Part shown: in pieces, positions 10,102-22,626 of the stretch
Position numbering within the stretch: the stretch's first letter is position 1
How the letters are laid out: every line of letters begins with the position of its first letter
NCBI GenBank assembly: GCA_040506195.1
Contig: JBEVXH010000010.1
Coordinates: 16,993-80,992, forward strand
DNA length: 64,000 nt
Origin: Candidatus Thiodiazotropha sp.
GTDB taxonomy: Bacteria; Pseudomonadota; Gammaproteobacteria; Chromatiales; Chromatiaceae
Direction of reading: 5' to 3'
Program-made: the position numbers and the translations under genes
Notes under the pieces: model-generated
What the model saw: the letters and a program-made list of their open reading frames with translations, nothing else
Databases searched by the model: none
What the model was told of the DNA's origin: nothing

Positions 10102-10962
10102 TCAGGCCCTGGGCTTACTCAGCAAGATACTGAGCAAGTCAGCAATACGGTCTCGCATATCCCGGCGGTCAATGATCATATCGATGGCGCCATGATCGAG
10201 TAGAAATTCACTGCGCTGAAAACCTTCAGGGAGCTTTTCGCGCACTGTCTGTTCAATAACCCGGGGGCCTGCGAAACCGATCAAGGCATTCGGCTCCGCC
10301 ACATTGATGTCACCCAGCATCGCCAGGCTGGCCGACACACCACCCATGGTGGGATCGGTCATCACCGAGATAAAGGGCAGACCGCGCTTTTGCAACCGCT
10401 CGAGTGCGGCGCTTGTCTTGGCCATCTGCATCAAAGAGAAGAGTGATTCCTGCATCCGCGCACCGCCACTGGCGGAAAAACAGACCAAAGGAGTGTGTCT
10501 CTCCAACGCCATGTTGACAGCACGCACGAAGCGTTCACCCACGACCGATCCCATCGAGCCCCCCATAAAGCTGAACTCGAAAGCGGCAACAACCAGGTCT
10601 ATACCCTTCAATTGGCCACGCATGGCCACCAAGGCCTCTTTCTCACCCGAACCCTTTTGTGCCTGGCTGAGACGTTCTTTGTACTTTTTGCTGTCCTTGA
10701 ATTTCAAGGGATCAACCGACTCCAGGTTCGCGCCTATCTCCTCCTGGGGTTCCGGATCGAGAAAGGTCTCAAGACGACGCCTGGCGCCAATCCTGTTGTG
10801 ATGGTTGCATTTAGGGCAGACGTCAAGATTCCGTTCCATCTCCGCCCGGTAGAGTATAGCGCTGCACCCCGGACACTTGGCCCATAGTCCCTCCGGTACC
10901 GCACGTTTGTGTCCGGCATCCGTACGAATGCGGCTAGGCATCAGTTTTTCAAACCAACTCAT
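10102..10962 (-). CDS. accD: Acetyl-CoA carboxylase carboxyltransferase beta subunit
   Basis: [12 protein letters not shown] zinc finger, [18 protein letters not shown]. Confidence 0.97.
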   Translation of the reverse strand: MSWFEKLMPSRIRTDAGHKRAVPEGLWAKCPGCSAILYRAEMERNLDVCPKCNHHNRIGARRRLETFLDPEPQEEIGANLESVDPLKFKDSKKYKERLSQAQKGSGEKEALVAMRGQLKGIDLVVAAFEFSFMGGSMGSVVGERFVRAVNMALERHTPLVCFSASGGARMQESLFSLMQMAKTSAALERLQKRGLPFISVMTDPTMGGVSASLAMLGDINVAEPNALIGFAGPRVIEQTVREKLPEGFQRSEFLLDHGAIDMIIDRRDMRDRIADLLSILLSKPRA

Positions 10963-11034
10963 AAGATGTACGACCCTTGTTATCTCGTCATTGCACTGGA
11001 TCCACAGACCCAGTTGGTATATATCTCAGCGTAA

Positions 11035-11844
11035 TCAGTTTGCCTGGTCCATTGCCAATCTCATGGATGAGAGGACTTCCCGCAAAGATGCACCTATCTT
11101 CTCCGGTTCGTCCGCCAGGGCTTCCACACGTGAAACCAGGGCACTGCCGACCACTACGGCATCAGCAAACGCGGAAACGGCTGCGGCGGTTTGCGCATCC
11201 TTGATGCCGAATCCGACCCCCACCGGCAGATCGCTTACGGCACGAATCTCAGCCAGTTTCTCATCCAGGGACTGCAGATCCAAATGGCTGGCGCCTGTTA
11301 CCCCTTTCACGGAGACATAGTAGACGAAGCCTCCAGCCAAGTCACAGATCCGTTGAATACGTTCAGGTGTACTGGTAGGCGCCACTAGATAGATCTGATC
11401 GATCGATTTTGACTGCAATAGCTGCTGCAGATCCCCACCCTCCTCAGGCGGAATATCGACCACCAGTATACCATCCACACCAGCCCCTGCCGCCTGTGTG
11501 GCGAATTGCTCATATCCCATTGTTTCAATGGGATTGAGATAGCCCATCAATATCACCGGTGTTTCAGCATCAAGCTGCCTGAACTGGGCAACCATCTCCA
11601 ATACATCACGCAGACTGACATGGTATTCCAATGCGCGTTCACTGGCCCTCTGGATCACCGGACCATCGGCCATCGGGTCGGAAAACGGTACTCCCAACTC
11701 GATCAGATCCGCACCAGCTGATACCAGATCATGCATCAGATCAACAGTTATCTCCGGGATCGGATCACCGGCGGTGATGAATGGAATCAGCGCTTTCCTG
11801 CCCTCCGCCTTGAGCTGCGCAAACTTCTTACCGATCTGGCTCAT
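11035..11844 (-). CDS. trpA: Tryptophan synthase alpha chain
   Basis: [28 protein letters not shown]. Confidence 0.97.
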   Translation of the reverse strand: MSQIGKKFAQLKAEGRKALIPFITAGDPIPEITVDLMHDLVSAGADLIELGVPFSDPMADGPVIQRASERALEYHVSLRDVLEMVAQFRQLDAETPVILMGYLNPIETMGYEQFATQAAGAGVDGILVVDIPPEEGGDLQQLLQSKSIDQIYLVAPTSTPERIQRICDLAGGFVYYVSVKGVTGASHLDLQSLDEKLAEIRAVSDLPVGVGFGIKDAQTAAAVSAFADAVVVGSALVSRVEALADEPEKIGASLREVLSSMRLAMDQAN

Positions 11845-13055
11845 AAATGGATCCCCTCTCGCGCCGCTACGGTATGCATGTCCTTGTCACCCCTGCCCGA
11901 GAGGTTGACCAGGATAATCTGGTCCGGACTCATGGTAGTGGCAAGCTTTGCCGCATAGGCAAGGGCGTGGCTCGACTCGAGTGCAGGAATGATCCCCTCG
12001 ATCCTGGTCAGATCATGAAATGCCGCAAGGGCCTGGTCGTCGGTCACAGCGACATAGTTGGCGCGGCCGCTATCCTTCAGCCATGCATGCTCCGGACCAA
12101 CCCCCGGATAATCAAGGCCGGCGGATATGGAATGGGTTTCTATAATCTGTCCATCCTTGTCTTCCATCAGATAGGTGCGATTGCCATGCAACACACCAGG
12201 TTGTCCGGCACAGAGCGGTGCGGCGTGCTGACCTGTTTCCAAACCGTTTCCGGCGGCCTCGACGCCATAGATGGCGATCTCTTTGTCATCCAGATAGGGG
12301 TAGAAAAGCCCGATCGCATTAGATCCTCCACCGACACAAGCGACCAGCGCATCCGGCTGCCGACCTGCCTGGCGTTCCATCTGGGGGCGTGCCTCCCTGC
12401 CGATAACCGCCTGGAAATCGCGTACCATCGCCGGATAGGGGTGAGGCCCGGCAACCGTGCCGATGATATAAAAGGTGTTATCCACATTGGTCACCCAATC
12501 TCGCATGGCCTCATTGAGCGCGTCCTTGAGGGTTCTGGAACCCGATTCAACCCTCCTCACCTCTGCACCCAGCAGGCGCATGCGATAGACGTTCGCCTCC
12601 TGCCGCGCAATATCTACAGCCCCCATATAGACAACGCACTCCAAGCCAAGCCTCGCAGCCACTGTGGCACTGGCCACGCCATGTTGACCGGCACCTGTTT
12701 CCGCGATGATCCGGACCTTACCCATATGCCTGGCAAGCAGCGCCTGTCCCACCGTGTTATTGACCTTGTGGGCACCGGTATGGTTAAGGTCTTCTCGCTT
12801 CAGGTAGATCTGAGCGCCACCCAACTTTTCACTCCAGCGCTTGGCATGATAGATGGGGGAAGGACGGCCGACATAGTGAGCAAGATCCTGATCCAGCTCC
12901 TCGAGAAACTCCGGGTCATTCATAAAACGATGGTAGGCTTGACGTAACTCTTCAAGCGGCGCCATCAGGGTTTCCGAGACAAAGAGCCCACCATATGGAC
13001 CAAAATGCCCTTTATGATCGGGTAGGGACCCAATGATTTTCTCAGTTGTCTCCAC
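11841..13055 (-). CDS. trpB: Tryptophan synthase beta chain
   Basis: [11 protein letters not shown] (PLP lysine), AETGAGQHG. Start placed at GTG 13055, behind a GGAG RBS and overlapping the trpF stop. Confidence 0.95.
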   Translation of the reverse strand: METTEKIIGSLPDHKGHFGPYGGLFVSETLMAPLEELRQAYHRFMNDPEFLEELDQDLAHYVGRPSPIYHAKRWSEKLGGAQIYLKREDLNHTGAHKVNNTVGQALLARHMGKVRIIAETGAGQHGVASATVAARLGLECVVYMGAVDIARQEANVYRMRLLGAEVRRVESGSRTLKDALNEAMRDWVTNVDNTFYIIGTVAGPHPYPAMVRDFQAVIGREARPQMERQAGRQPDALVACVGGGSNAIGLFYPYLDDKEIAIYGVEAAGNGLETGQHAAPLCAGQPGVLHGNRTYLMEDKDGQIIETHSISAGLDYPGVGPEHAWLKDSGRANYVAVTDDQALAAFHDLTRIEGIIPALESSHALAYAAKLATTMSPDQIILVNLSGRGDKDMHTVAAREGIHL

Positions 13056-13665
13056 GCTTAACTCCCGCAATAAATGCCTCAATTTTTGCCGCGTCTTTAA
13101 TACCCTTTGAGCGTTCGACACCGCCGCTCACATCCACCGCATAGGGATGTACCTGCTTAATGGCCTGAGCCACATTTTGAGGATCGAGACCACCTGCAAG
13201 GATTATCCTCGAAGCCAGGGCTGCAGGTATTCGAACCCAATCGAAACACTCGCCGGTTCCTCCGGGAACACCCGTCTTGTAGCTGTCCAGCAACAGCCCT
13301 GCCGCTCTGCGGTAAGTCCGCGCAATCTCGGCTAGATCAACCCCCTCGCGCATACGTATCGCTTTGATCCACGGCCTGGCATATCGACTGCACTCATGCG
13401 CCGACTCGTCACCATGAAATTGCAACAGATCGATTTGAACTTCATGTATATACCTTTCAATCGTATCCCGATCCTGATCGACAAACAGACCAACTACCGT
13501 GACGAAGGGCGGCAGACTTTCCACAATGGTCTTGGCCTGCTGTAGTGAAACGGCACGCGGGCTGGCAGGGTAGAATACCAATCCTATGGCATCGGCGCCC
13601 AACCGAACAGCATCGGCAGCGTCTTCAACCCTGGTAATGCCGCAAATTTTGATACGTGTTCTCAT
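13042..13665 (-). CDS. trpF: Phosphoribosylanthranilate isomerase
   Basis: [28 protein letters not shown]. Confidence 0.97.
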   Translation of the reverse strand: MRTRIKICGITRVEDAADAVRLGADAIGLVFYPASPRAVSLQQAKTIVESLPPFVTVVGLFVDQDRDTIERYIHEVQIDLLQFHGDESAHECSRYARPWIKAIRMREGVDLAEIARTYRRAAGLLLDSYKTGVPGGTGECFDWVRIPAALASRIILAGGLDPQNVAQAIKQVHPYAVDVSGGVERSKGIKDAAKIEAFIAGVKRGDN

Positions 13666-13722
13666 AAACTGCTGAAAGATACATGATGCATCACCCGGAG
13701 GCTAGTGTAGTGTTGACAGGCT

Positions 13723-14505
13723 CTAACACAGGCAAAAACCAGATCCGGGCGGATCAGGGATCGCAAATGCCTGCGGATAGTCGACCTTCGTCAGATAGAG
13801 TCCTTGTGGCGGCGCTGTGACCCCACCCAGCGTACGATCACGCAACTCCAAAACATCCTGAGTCCAAGACTCATCCTGCTCGCCTTTTCCGATAGCAATC
13901 AAAACACCGGCGATATTGCGCACCATATGATGTAAAAAGGCATTGGCATAAACCTCGATTGAGATAAACTCGCCAACCCGTTCGACCTGCAGTCGGTGAA
14001 CTGTCCTGACCGGATGTTTGGCTTGACACCCCATCGCCCGGTATGAAGAGAAGTCGTGGGTACCGACCAGTGCCTGTGCCGCCCGCTGCATGCGTGACTC
14101 GTCCAGGGGACGGTGAATCCAAACCGCCCGATCACGCCACTGGGCAGAACGAAAATGCCGATTCAGGATCAGGTAACGGTAATGCCTGGCAACAGCGGAA
14201 AAGCGTGCGTGAAATGCCGCCGGAACCTGTTTGGCCCAACCGATGCTGATATCCAACGGCAGATTGGCATTGCTTCCCAACACCCAGGAGCGATCGGATC
14301 TTTTGGCTTCTGTCTCAAAATGAACCACTTGCCCCGTGGCATGCACACCGCAGTCTGTCCGGCCGGCGCAGTGAACTGTCACCTCATGATCAGCCACCCT
14401 GGAGAGTGCCTGTTGTAACAACTCCTGTACACTCCGAACATCTCCCTGGTACTGCCAGCCGTGAAATGCACTGCCATCGTATTCCACACCCAGCGCTATC
14501 TTCAT
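13723..14505 (-). CDS. truA: tRNA pseudouridine(38-40) synthase
   Basis: MKIALGVEYDG, AGRTDCGVHA, HDFSSYRA, FLHHMVRNI. Start set at ATG 14505. Confidence 0.95.
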   Translation of the reverse strand: MKIALGVEYDGSAFHGWQYQGDVRSVQELLQQALSRVADHEVTVHCAGRTDCGVHATGQVVHFETEAKRSDRSWVLGSNANLPLDISIGWAKQVPAAFHARFSAVARHYRYLILNRHFRSAQWRDRAVWIHRPLDESRMQRAAQALVGTHDFSSYRAMGCQAKHPVRTVHRLQVERVGEFISIEVYANAFLHHMVRNIAGVLIAIGKGEQDESWTQDVLELRDRTLGGVTAPPQGLYLTKVDYPQAFAIPDPPGSGFCLC

Positions 14506-14869
14506 CACATACCCTGATTTAAAAAAAGGCTCTTCGCCACTTAATGAGCAAACAGCCAATCAAATAATCTAAAACTTTTGATTATGCCGCGAATGAACGC
14601 CAATCACCGCAAACTATCGCAGGTTACAGGACAATGTGAATAGTGATCGCATAAAAAATCCCATGTAATTCCCGTTGTAAGAAACCTTCATAGGATTTCG
14701 AAGTTCATGGCATTTGAATTACAGATCATTGACTGATTTTATCTTGATTTTGAACAATTCGCGTTTATTGACGGTGACTTGCGTTCATTTGCGGCTAATT
14801 CTTTCTCTTTAATTTAGCTTTTAGATCTAGGGCCTGTTAACACTAATCGAATCGGCCCCAGGGTAAGAG

Positions 14870-14900
14870 AAAAAAAAAAGGGCGCACCCGGAGTGCGCCC
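14870..14900 (-). terminator. Rho-independent terminator downstream of fimV
   Basis: GGGCGCAC/GTGCGCCC hairpin followed on the minus strand by a run of about 10 T. Confidence 0.85.
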
Positions 14901-14925
14901 CTTATGAGATTTGAAAATATCTGAC

Positions 14926-17637
14926 TTAAGTGCCGAGACCGTCGAGTAACTCCTGGGCCTCTTTCTGCTGTGCTTCACTGCCTTCGCTGGAAACCTCGTC
15001 AAGGATGCTCCTGGCGCCTTCAATATCACCCATGTCTATATAGGCCCGGGCCAAATCCAACTTGGTCGTAATCTCATCCGTGGAGTCGAGATCCAGGTTT
15101 TCACTATGACTTTGCAGCAGACTCAACTCATCCACAGCTTCTGAGTCTTCGCTATCGAGATCAGACGAGAGCCCTTCGAGTTCCTTTTCGATACTCTCCA
15201 GATCCAGGTTATCCAATGATTCGGAATCTTCGAGTTCTATGGCATCGGATCCATCCGATACACCCAAATCAGCAGCAATCTCCGAATCTCCTTCAACGTC
15301 GGAAAGATCGAAGGGCTGAGGCTCTTCAGCGGCACTGCTCTGTTCAGAGTCCATATCCAGATCACTGAGATCGATATCCAGCGCCTCGTCCTCTTCCACC
15401 GGACTCTCGCCAGACTCCATCTTGTTTAGAAATTCCGAATCCAGCGACAGATTGCCTTCGAGACTTTCGGAATCCATTTCATCAAGATTTTCAAGACCAC
15501 TCAGATCCATTGAATCGATTTCTATGTCAGAAGAATCCTGAGCTTCGGGGGTCTCGGCCATCTCTTCGGCCTCGACGGCCGGCTCGGAGCTGAGATCCAA
15601 GCCAAGGTCATCCAATGCCTCATCTGCCGCAGCAATGCCGCCCGCGGCCATGCCGGCAGCCCCTGCGAAAAGTGCGTATGACGGATCCAGTTCTTTACCC
15701 ATTGCAGCGATTTTTGACCAGGTTTCCGGCTCTTTATCCTCCAATCCCGCATCGTGGAGTTCTTGAGCAAGGGAGTTGAAATCCTGATGCTTTTTCGCAG
15801 AAAAGTAGATTTCAGCAAGTTTGTGCTTGAGCTCCTCACGTTCCGGATTCTTCTCTATCGCCTGCTTTATCAGCTCTTCAGCCTGTTGATAACGGCCATA
15901 GGCAATATAGACATCTGCCTCGGAGAGCGGATCGACTTCACCAGTCTCATCCTGCAGCGCATCGATATCACTGGGAGAGAAATCACTCATGAATGAGGTT
16001 TCATCAGTCGACGCGGTAAGTGAACTGGAATCTTCCTTGCCCGTGGTCACGACACCACTGTCAGGCGACACCAGAATGCTCTCGGCGAATTCTGCTTCAG
16101 CCTCTTTCCGACGACGCATGATCATCCACAACAGGCCGATCAGCAATACCGCCACACCACCGACCATAGCCAACAGCGTGCTGTTTTCCTTGATACCATC
16201 GAAATAGCCCACCTTCTTCGGCGGCAACACGGAAACAGGCGGTTTCGCCGGTTCCGGTTGAGCCGTAGGAGCAGGGGTCGGCGTCGGCTCGGCAGGGGGC
16301 GGAGCTGTCTCTTCTACAGGCGCCTCCTCCTGTTGGGCGGCTTCGATCTGGGCCTCTATATCGACCTCTTCGATCACGGTGCCCGGAGGCACGGGAACAA
16401 CAGGCGCCTCGACCTCGGTGGTTTTCGGTTCAACCTCGGGTTCTGTTGGGGTCACATCCTCCGCTACCGCAGGTTCCATCTCTGTCTCGGGCTCTTCTGC
16501 CGGAACAGCCTCGACCGACTCCATCTCCTCCATTTTCTCTGCAGCTATATCCTGGGCGGTTTGTATCTCCGCCAGCTGATCGCTCTTCAGTGTCAACAAC
16601 CGCTGAATGTCCTGTATCTGCTTCTCCAGCTCCTGCACCCGGTCGCGCAGTGCACTGTTCTCTTGCACGACGCCTTCATTGGATTCGCGAACAAGCATAA
16701 TCTCGTCTTGCAAGCGATTGATCTCACTTTCGGATTCAGCCATGCCTTCCCGTTCGGCAGCTTCGCCCTCACCAGGTTTAGCTGAAATCAGACGCAGACG
16801 ATCCTCTTCCTTGGCCTCGGTTTTGACGGGCTTTTTGGAAACCACGGGACGGCGTTCGTCACCCGTACGCCCTGCCTGCCAGGCCCTGGTCTGTGCAAGG
16901 AACTCCTCGCGCGCCTCCTGCTTGGACATCGTGGTCACGCCTGCCTCCTCCGGCAGTCGCAGTATCTTACCGACCTTGAGGTTATTGACGTTGCTATTGA
17001 TGAATGCGGAGGGATTGTGGCGCTGCAGCGCCATCATCACCTGTTCCACGGACTCATCGGACCGCTGCATGCCCTTGGCGATTTTCCAGAGATTGTCATT
17101 GGGTTGTACAGGGCCATATTCCCTTGCGCCACCCTCGCTGCTAGTTGAGGAGGTTACCATTACCGGCCGAGACCTGCCGACCTGGGTTGTAGGTGTCATT
17201 GTGGTTGTGGGAGATGTAACGGGCTGTGGAGCGCGTTTAAGAGTGACCGGCGGATCAAGCAGCACCGTATACTCACGCACCAGTCTGCCTTTCGGCCAAT
17301 TCACCTCAATCAGGAAATTCAGGAAGGGTTCTCGAATGGCATCAGAGCTCGAGATGGAGATCACCGGTTTGCCGGCGGGGGTCAGCATCGGAGCGAACTT
17401 CAGGCCAGTCAACAGATAAGGCCTCTCCATGCCTGCTTTCTCGAAGGCCTCGCGGGAGGCAAGCGAAACACGAACATCCTGCAACTCTTCCTGGGATACT
17501 GAAAGCAGATCGATATCGGCTTTGAAGGCTTGGTTGAGAGCAGACTGGGGATGAATTTCACCCAATCCGAGAGCCAAAGCACCAACGGGTGATAGGGCTG
17601 TTGCGACAGCCACTGCCAGAGACAGCTTACGAATCAT
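14926..17637 (-). CDS. fimV: FimV/HubP polar landmark protein
   Basis: LGLGEI...SALNQ N-terminus, REYTVLLDPP, LysM-like domain, TM, acidic region, C-terminal KLDLARAYIDMGD; sits between asd and truA. Confidence 0.93.
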   Translation of the reverse strand: MIRKLSLAVAVATALSPVGALALGLGEIHPQSALNQAFKADIDLLSVSQEELQDVRVSLASREAFEKAGMERPYLLTGLKFAPMLTPAGKPVISISSSDAIREPFLNFLIEVNWPKGRLVREYTVLLDPPVTLKRAPQPVTSPTTTMTPTTQVGRSRPVMVTSSTSSEGGAREYGPVQPNDNLWKIAKGMQRSDESVEQVMMALQRHNPSAFINSNVNNLKVGKILRLPEEAGVTTMSKQEAREEFLAQTRAWQAGRTGDERRPVVSKKPVKTEAKEEDRLRLISAKPGEGEAAEREGMAESESEINRLQDEIMLVRESNEGVVQENSALRDRVQELEKQIQDIQRLLTLKSDQLAEIQTAQDIAAEKMEEMESVEAVPAEEPETEMEPAVAEDVTPTEPEVEPKTTEVEAPVVPVPPGTVIEEVDIEAQIEAAQQEEAPVEETAPPPAEPTPTPAPTAQPEPAKPPVSVLPPKKVGYFDGIKENSTLLAMVGGVAVLLIGLLWMIMRRRKEAEAEFAESILVSPDSGVVTTGKEDSSSLTASTDETSFMSDFSPSDIDALQDETGEVDPLSEADVYIAYGRYQQAEELIKQAIEKNPEREELKHKLAEIYFSAKKHQDFNSLAQELHDAGLEDKEPETWSKIAAMGKELDPSYALFAGAAGMAAGGIAAADEALDDLGLDLSSEPAVEAEEMAETPEAQDSSDIEIDSMDLSGLENLDEMDSESLEGNLSLDSEFLNKMESGESPVEEDEALDIDLSDLDMDSEQSSAAEEPQPFDLSDVEGDSEIAADLGVSDGSDAIELEDSESLDNLDLESIEKELEGLSSDLDSEDSEAVDELSLLQSHSENLDLDSTDEITTKLDLARAYIDMGDIEGARSILDEVSSEGSEAQQKEAQELLDGLGT

Positions 17638-17970
17638 GCTTCCTCCTTGCCAGAAAACATAACCCACCGGTCAAACTCATTCCGAAATCTAGTGTTCAAA
17701 ATGGTCCCCTGAACAGCCCCGATAGGTTTAGAATAAACTTAATATTTAGTCGCTAACTATAGCTGATAAATGATCTTTTTACCAAAACTTCGATGATCTT
17801 CACACTATTTTTTGCGATACTTTGCCAGTGCTAGCCGGCGACTACCCAAAGTGAGAAACAGGTCGAATTTTTCACGCTGATTAAATACCCCTCTACGCCT
17901 GATTGACCCTCTGTCATTTCCATCTGCTGAAAAACGACGCTGAATCGATCTGCCCACTCCCTGGCCTGAA

Positions 17971-18013
17971 ATAGAAAACCCCGTCGTCAGCCGGCCGACT
18001 CTACGACGGGGTT
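17971..18013 (-). terminator. Probable terminator downstream of asd
   Basis: AACCCCGTCGT/ACGACGGGGTT inverted repeat followed by a T-rich tract on the minus strand. Confidence 0.7.
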
Positions 18014-18046
18014 ACACACCATCAGCGCAGTCATTCTGTCGGTGCT

Positions 18047-19162
18047 TCAAGCCTCCAGCAGAATTTTCAACATACGCCGCAACGGTTCAGCTGCACCCCA
18101 AAGCAGTTGGTCACCCACCGTAAAGGCATTCAGATACTGTTCGCCCAGATTCATCTTTCTCAGCCGTCCCACCGGGATGGACAAGGTTCCTGTAACCTGG
18201 GCAGGATTCAATTCCTGTATCGTAATATCCCGCGCATTCGGGATAACCTTTACCCAATCATTGGCGCTGGCCAATATCGACTCCACTTCGTCTATCGGCA
18301 CGTCACTACGTAACTTTATGGTCAATGCCTGACTATGACAGCGCATAGAGCCGATTCTTACGCAGGTACCGTCGATGGGAACCGGTTTATCGCTACGACC
18401 GAGTATCTTGTTGGTTTCAACGAATCCCTTCCACTCCTCCTTGCTCTGACCGTTTTCCAGCGCCACATCGATCCATGGAATAAGACTTCCCGCCAGGGCG
18501 GCTCCGAAATTTTCTGTCGGGAAACTCTCGCTACGGAGCGTCTCAGCCACCTGCCGATCGATATCGAGGATAGCAGAAGCGGGATCAGCCAGATAATCCC
18601 TTACCGACGCCTCGACCGCACCCATCTGACCGATCAACTCACGCATGTTGCGCGCACCCGCGCCCGAGGCAGCCTGATAGGTCATGGATGTCACCCACTC
18701 CACGAGATCCTGCTGAAACAGACCGCCCAGTGCCATCAACATCAAACTCACGGTACAGTTGCCGCCGATAAAATCCCTTGTGCCGTTAGCCAGGCCGTCG
18801 CGAATAACCCCGTCATTCACCGGATCCAGGACGATCAGCGAGTGGTCCTTCATGCGCAGGCTGGATGCCGCATCGATCCAATACCCTTGCCAACCTGCCG
18901 AGCGCAAGCTGTCATAGACCTTGTTTGTGTAGCTTCCGCCCTGACAGGTGAGAATCGCATCCATCTGCATCAAGGCGTCGATATCGGTGGCATCTCTCAG
19001 CGGTGACCGTTCTCTACCGATATCCGGGCCCAGCTGGCCGACTTGCGATGTCGTGAAGAATACCGGCTCTTCAATGGCGGCGAAGTCATTCTCTTCCCGC
19101 ATGCGCCCCATCAATACGGAACCCACCATCCCGCGCCAACCAACAAATCCGACTCGTTTCAT
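18047..19162 (-). CDS. asd: Aspartate-semialdehyde dehydrogenase
   Basis: [36 protein letters not shown]. Confidence 0.97.
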   Translation of the reverse strand: MKRVGFVGWRGMVGSVLMGRMREENDFAAIEEPVFFTTSQVGQLGPDIGRERSPLRDATDIDALMQMDAILTCQGGSYTNKVYDSLRSAGWQGYWIDAASSLRMKDHSLIVLDPVNDGVIRDGLANGTRDFIGGNCTVSLMLMALGGLFQQDLVEWVTSMTYQAASGAGARNMRELIGQMGAVEASVRDYLADPASAILDIDRQVAETLRSESFPTENFGAALAGSLIPWIDVALENGQSKEEWKGFVETNKILGRSDKPVPIDGTCVRIGSMRCHSQALTIKLRSDVPIDEVESILASANDWVKVIPNARDITIQELNPAQVTGTLSIPVGRLRKMNLGEQYLNAFTVGDQLLWGAAEPLRRMLKILLEA

Positions 19163-19232
19163 CTTTATCTAACCAAATAACCAAAAAAAAGTAATTCACT
19201 AGCCCGGTGCGGCAAGCCGCAGAGCCTCCAGT

Positions 19233-20312
19233 TCAACTCAATGCCGATACCACGGCATCGCCCATCGATTCACAGCTCACTTCGGTCATCCCTTCCGACA
19301 TGATATCCGCTGTGCGCAGTCCATCATCCAGAACCCTGTCCACTGCATATTCAATCCGATCGGCCATAACCGGCTCATCAAGACTGTAGCGCAACATCAT
19401 AGCCACGGAGAGAATCGTTGCCACGGGATTGGCCGTACCCTGGCCCGCAATATCCGGTGCCGAACCGTGAATCGGCTCATACATCCCTTTACCCCGCTCA
19501 TCCAGAGAAGCCGACGGCAGCATGCCAATGGAGCCAGTCAGCATCGCAGCACAATCCGATAGAATATCCCCAAACATGTTGGTCGTCACCATCACATCGA
19601 ACTGTTTTGGCCATTTCACCAGTTGCATCGCAGCGTTATCGACATACATGTGACTCAGTTCCACATCCGTATACGCCTCGCCAACCCGCGTCACGACCTC
19701 CCGCCAGAGCTCGGTGGATTCGAGCACGTTGGCTTTGTCGACTGAACAGAGCCTGCTGCCGCGCTTTTTGGCGATATCGAAGGCGACTCTAGCGATACGC
19801 TCAATCTCCGATTCGTTGTAGACAAGTGTGTTAAAGCCCTGGCGTTCACCACTGTCCAGTTCACGAACCCCTCTTGGCTGACCGAAGTAGATGCCACCGG
19901 TGAGCTCGCGCACTATCATGATATTGAGACCGGCAACGATATCCGCCTTGAGGCTGGAAGCCGCGGCCAGCTGAGGATAGAGGATAGCGGGACGTAGATT
20001 GGCAAACAGATTCAGCTCCGATCGCAGCCCCAACAACCCCTTCTCCGGACGAATTGAGATATCTAATGCCTCCCATTTAGGTCCACCAACCGCGCCCAGC
20101 AGAATGGCGTCCACCTCTCGAGCCAAATCAAGCGTGGCATCAGGCAACGGCCCGCCTGTGGCGTCGATCGCAGCGCCGCCGACCAATGCCTCATCGAGAT
20201 CGACGTCCAAACCGAAATCATCCCGTAGCACCGCCAATACCTTGACAGCCTCTGAAACGATTTCAGGTCCAATGCCGTCACCCGGCAAAACCAATATGTT
20301 TTTACTCATCAC
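19233..20312 (-). CDS. leuB: 3-isopropylmalate dehydrogenase
   Basis: [42 protein letters not shown]. Confidence 0.97.
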   Translation of the reverse strand: MMSKNILVLPGDGIGPEIVSEAVKVLAVLRDDFGLDVDLDEALVGGAAIDATGGPLPDATLDLAREVDAILLGAVGGPKWEALDISIRPEKGLLGLRSELNLFANLRPAILYPQLAAASSLKADIVAGLNIMIVRELTGGIYFGQPRGVRELDSGERQGFNTLVYNESEIERIARVAFDIAKKRGSRLCSVDKANVLESTELWREVVTRVGEAYTDVELSHMYVDNAAMQLVKWPKQFDVMVTTNMFGDILSDCAAMLTGSIGMLPSASLDERGKGMYEPIHGSAPDIAGQGTANPVATILSVAMMLRYSLDEPVMADRIEYAVDRVLDDGLRTADIMSEGMTEVSCESMGDAVVSALS

Positions 20313-20422
20313 TTTTCACCTTGCGACCGAGCAGAGTTCGGCAGCGATATTAATATAAATTCAATAAGTTATCTGTTATCTGTGATACCAAGACAATCAG
20401 CGTACCAAGTACACGCCTGCAC

Positions 20423-21061
20423 TTAATCAGCAAACAACCAAGGGGCCTCTACCCGTCTACGCTTCTCATAGGCCTTGATATCGTCAACATGCTGCAGCGT
20501 CAGACCAATATCATCCAAGCCATTCAACAGACAGTGCTTGCGAAAAGCATCCACTTCGAAGGGGATTTGCCCATGGTCTGTCGTGAGCAGTTGATCCAAC
20601 AGGTTCACGGTCATCTCCAGGGCCTTGTCAACACTTGATTGTCGAAACAGATCATCAATTATTTTTTCTTTTAATACAATTGGAAGCAAGCCATTCTTAA
20701 AGCTATTATTAAAGAATATATCGGCAAAGCTCGGGGCCAATATCACCTTGAATCCGTAGTCCTCCAAAGCCCAGGGCGCATGTTCACGGGATGAGCCACA
20801 ACCGAAATTTTCCCGTGCCAGAAGGATCTGCGCAGCTTGATAGCGAGGATCGTTTAACACGAAATCGGGATTGACAGTTCGGTTACTGTTATCCATGCCC
20901 GGTTCGCCATGATCCAGATATCGCCACTCATCGAACAGATTGGGGCCAAAGCCCGAGCGCTTGATCGACTTGAGAAACTGCTTTGGAATTATGGCGTCTG
21001 TATCCACATTGGATCTATCCAGAGGGCAGACGATACCTGTAAATGTATTGAATTTATCCAT
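20423..21061 (-). CDS. leuD: 3-isopropylmalate dehydratase small subunit
   Basis: [28 protein letters not shown]. Confidence 0.97.
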   Translation of the reverse strand: MDKFNTFTGIVCPLDRSNVDTDAIIPKQFLKSIKRSGFGPNLFDEWRYLDHGEPGMDNSNRTVNPDFVLNDPRYQAAQILLARENFGCGSSREHAPWALEDYGFKVILAPSFADIFFNNSFKNGLLPIVLKEKIIDDLFRQSSVDKALEMTVNLLDQLLTTDHGQIPFEVDAFRKHCLLNGLDDIGLTLQHVDDIKAYEKRRRVEAPWLFAD

Positions 21062-21089
21062 TACTGTCTCCTCTTAATCCAAACCCGTT

Positions 21090-22511
21090 TTATCTGTTAT
21101 TGAGATCGTCAAGGTCAACGAAACGGCCCGCAACCGCGGCGGCGGCGGCCATTGCCGGACTTACCAGATGGGTGCGCCCCCCCTGCCCCTGCCTACCCTC
21201 GAAATTCCGATTCGAAGTGGAGGCGCAACGCTCTCCGGACAACAGACGGTCGGCATTCATGGCAAGACACATGGAACAGCCGGGTTCACGCCACTCAAAA
21301 CCGGCATCGACAAAGATTCGATCGAGCCCCTCTTGCTCGGCCTGGGCCTTGACCAGACCGGACCCGGGCACCACCAGGGCAAGTTTTACGTTGTCCGCCA
21401 CCTTACGACCTTTAGCGATCGCCGCCGCTGCACGCAGATCCTCAATCCTCGAATTGGTGCATGAGCCGATAAAGACCTTGTCCAAAGCGATCCTGGTAAT
21501 CGGAGTACCCGCTTTCAGGCCCATGTAGTCAAGGGCGCGCTGCATTCCTTCCGCCTTGACACTGTCGGACTCATTGGCCGGATCCGGTACCACCAGATCC
21601 ACCGCCACCACCATCTCAGGAGATGTGCCCCAGGTAACCTGAGGTTTGATGGCAGCCGCATCCAGGGTTACCACACGATCGAATTCCGCACCCTCGTCAC
21701 TGTGCAAGGTCCGCCAATAGGCAACTGCTTTTTCCCATGTCTCGCCCCTGGGTGCGTAGGGACGCCCTTTGACATAATCGATGGTTTTATCGTCAACGGC
21801 CACAAAGCCCGCACGCGCGCCAGCCTCGATAGCCATATTGCAGAGCGTGAGACGGCCCTCGATGGAGAGATCTTCTATCGCCGATCCGGCAAATTCGACT
21901 GCATAACCTGTACCCCCTGCGGTACCGATTTGACCAATGACGGCAAGCACAATGTCCTTTGCTGTCACGCCAGATGCCGCTTTACCCTCAACCAGGATCC
22001 GCATCGCCCTCGATTTCTTCTGGATCAGGCATTGCGTTGCAAGTACATGTTCTACCTCGGAGGTCCCGATGCCATGCGCCAATGCGCCTATTGCGCCGTG
22101 GGTGGAGGTATGGGAATCACCACACACTACCGTCATACCCGGCAGGGTTGCACCCTGCTCAGGGCCGACTACATGAACAATACCCTGCCGTGGATCGAGC
22201 ATCTTGAATTCCGGAATACCGAAATCTTCACAATTTTTATCCAGGGTCTCGACCTGAGTCCGCGATATCGGATCATGAATGGATTCAACACCACCCTGTC
22301 GAGGCGTGGTTGGTACATTATGGTCGGGTGTTGCGAGATTGGCCTCGACCCGCCATGGCTTGCGTCCGGCCAGGCGCAGGCCTTCGAATGCCTGAGGCGA
22401 TGTCACTTCATGCACCAGATGCCTATCGATATAGATCAGTGATGTACCGTCCTCTTCCGTACGCACCACATGAGAATCCCACAATTTGTCGTATAGGGTC
22501 TTGGCCCTCAT
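21090..22511 (-). CDS. leuC: 3-isopropylmalate dehydratase large subunit
   Basis: [31 protein letters not shown]. Confidence 0.97.
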   Translation of the reverse strand: MRAKTLYDKLWDSHVVRTEEDGTSLIYIDRHLVHEVTSPQAFEGLRLAGRKPWRVEANLATPDHNVPTTPRQGGVESIHDPISRTQVETLDKNCEDFGIPEFKMLDPRQGIVHVVGPEQGATLPGMTVVCGDSHTSTHGAIGALAHGIGTSEVEHVLATQCLIQKKSRAMRILVEGKAASGVTAKDIVLAVIGQIGTAGGTGYAVEFAGSAIEDLSIEGRLTLCNMAIEAGARAGFVAVDDKTIDYVKGRPYAPRGETWEKAVAYWRTLHSDEGAEFDRVVTLDAAAIKPQVTWGTSPEMVVAVDLVVPDPANESDSVKAEGMQRALDYMGLKAGTPITRIALDKVFIGSCTNSRIEDLRAAAAIAKGRKVADNVKLALVVPGSGLVKAQAEQEGLDRIFVDAGFEWREPGCSMCLAMNADRLLSGERCASTSNRNFEGRQGQGGRTHLVSPAMAAAAAVAGRFVDLDDLNNR

Positions 22512-22626
22512 CTCTCGTAACCTCTATAGGTATCGTTCAAAAAAATGCTAGTGAAAAACATAGGGGAGTATGCTACATAATACAAATTCATAATTTTTAT
22601 TTTTTCCATTCTTAAGAGGAATAGAT

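Noticed and set aside
11847-12947. Long antisense ORFs here and at 25375-26259, 29839-30597, 44481-45359, 52348-53610 and 58273-59409
   Set aside because: Each lies opposite a well-supported gene and has no recognisable motifs; expected from codon bias in GC-rich genes.
13056-13121. N-terminal extensions given by the ORF track for trpB (also truA, fimV, aroC, hsdM2 and the helicase)
   Set aside because: Downstream starts have better RBS or coupling and match family N-termini.
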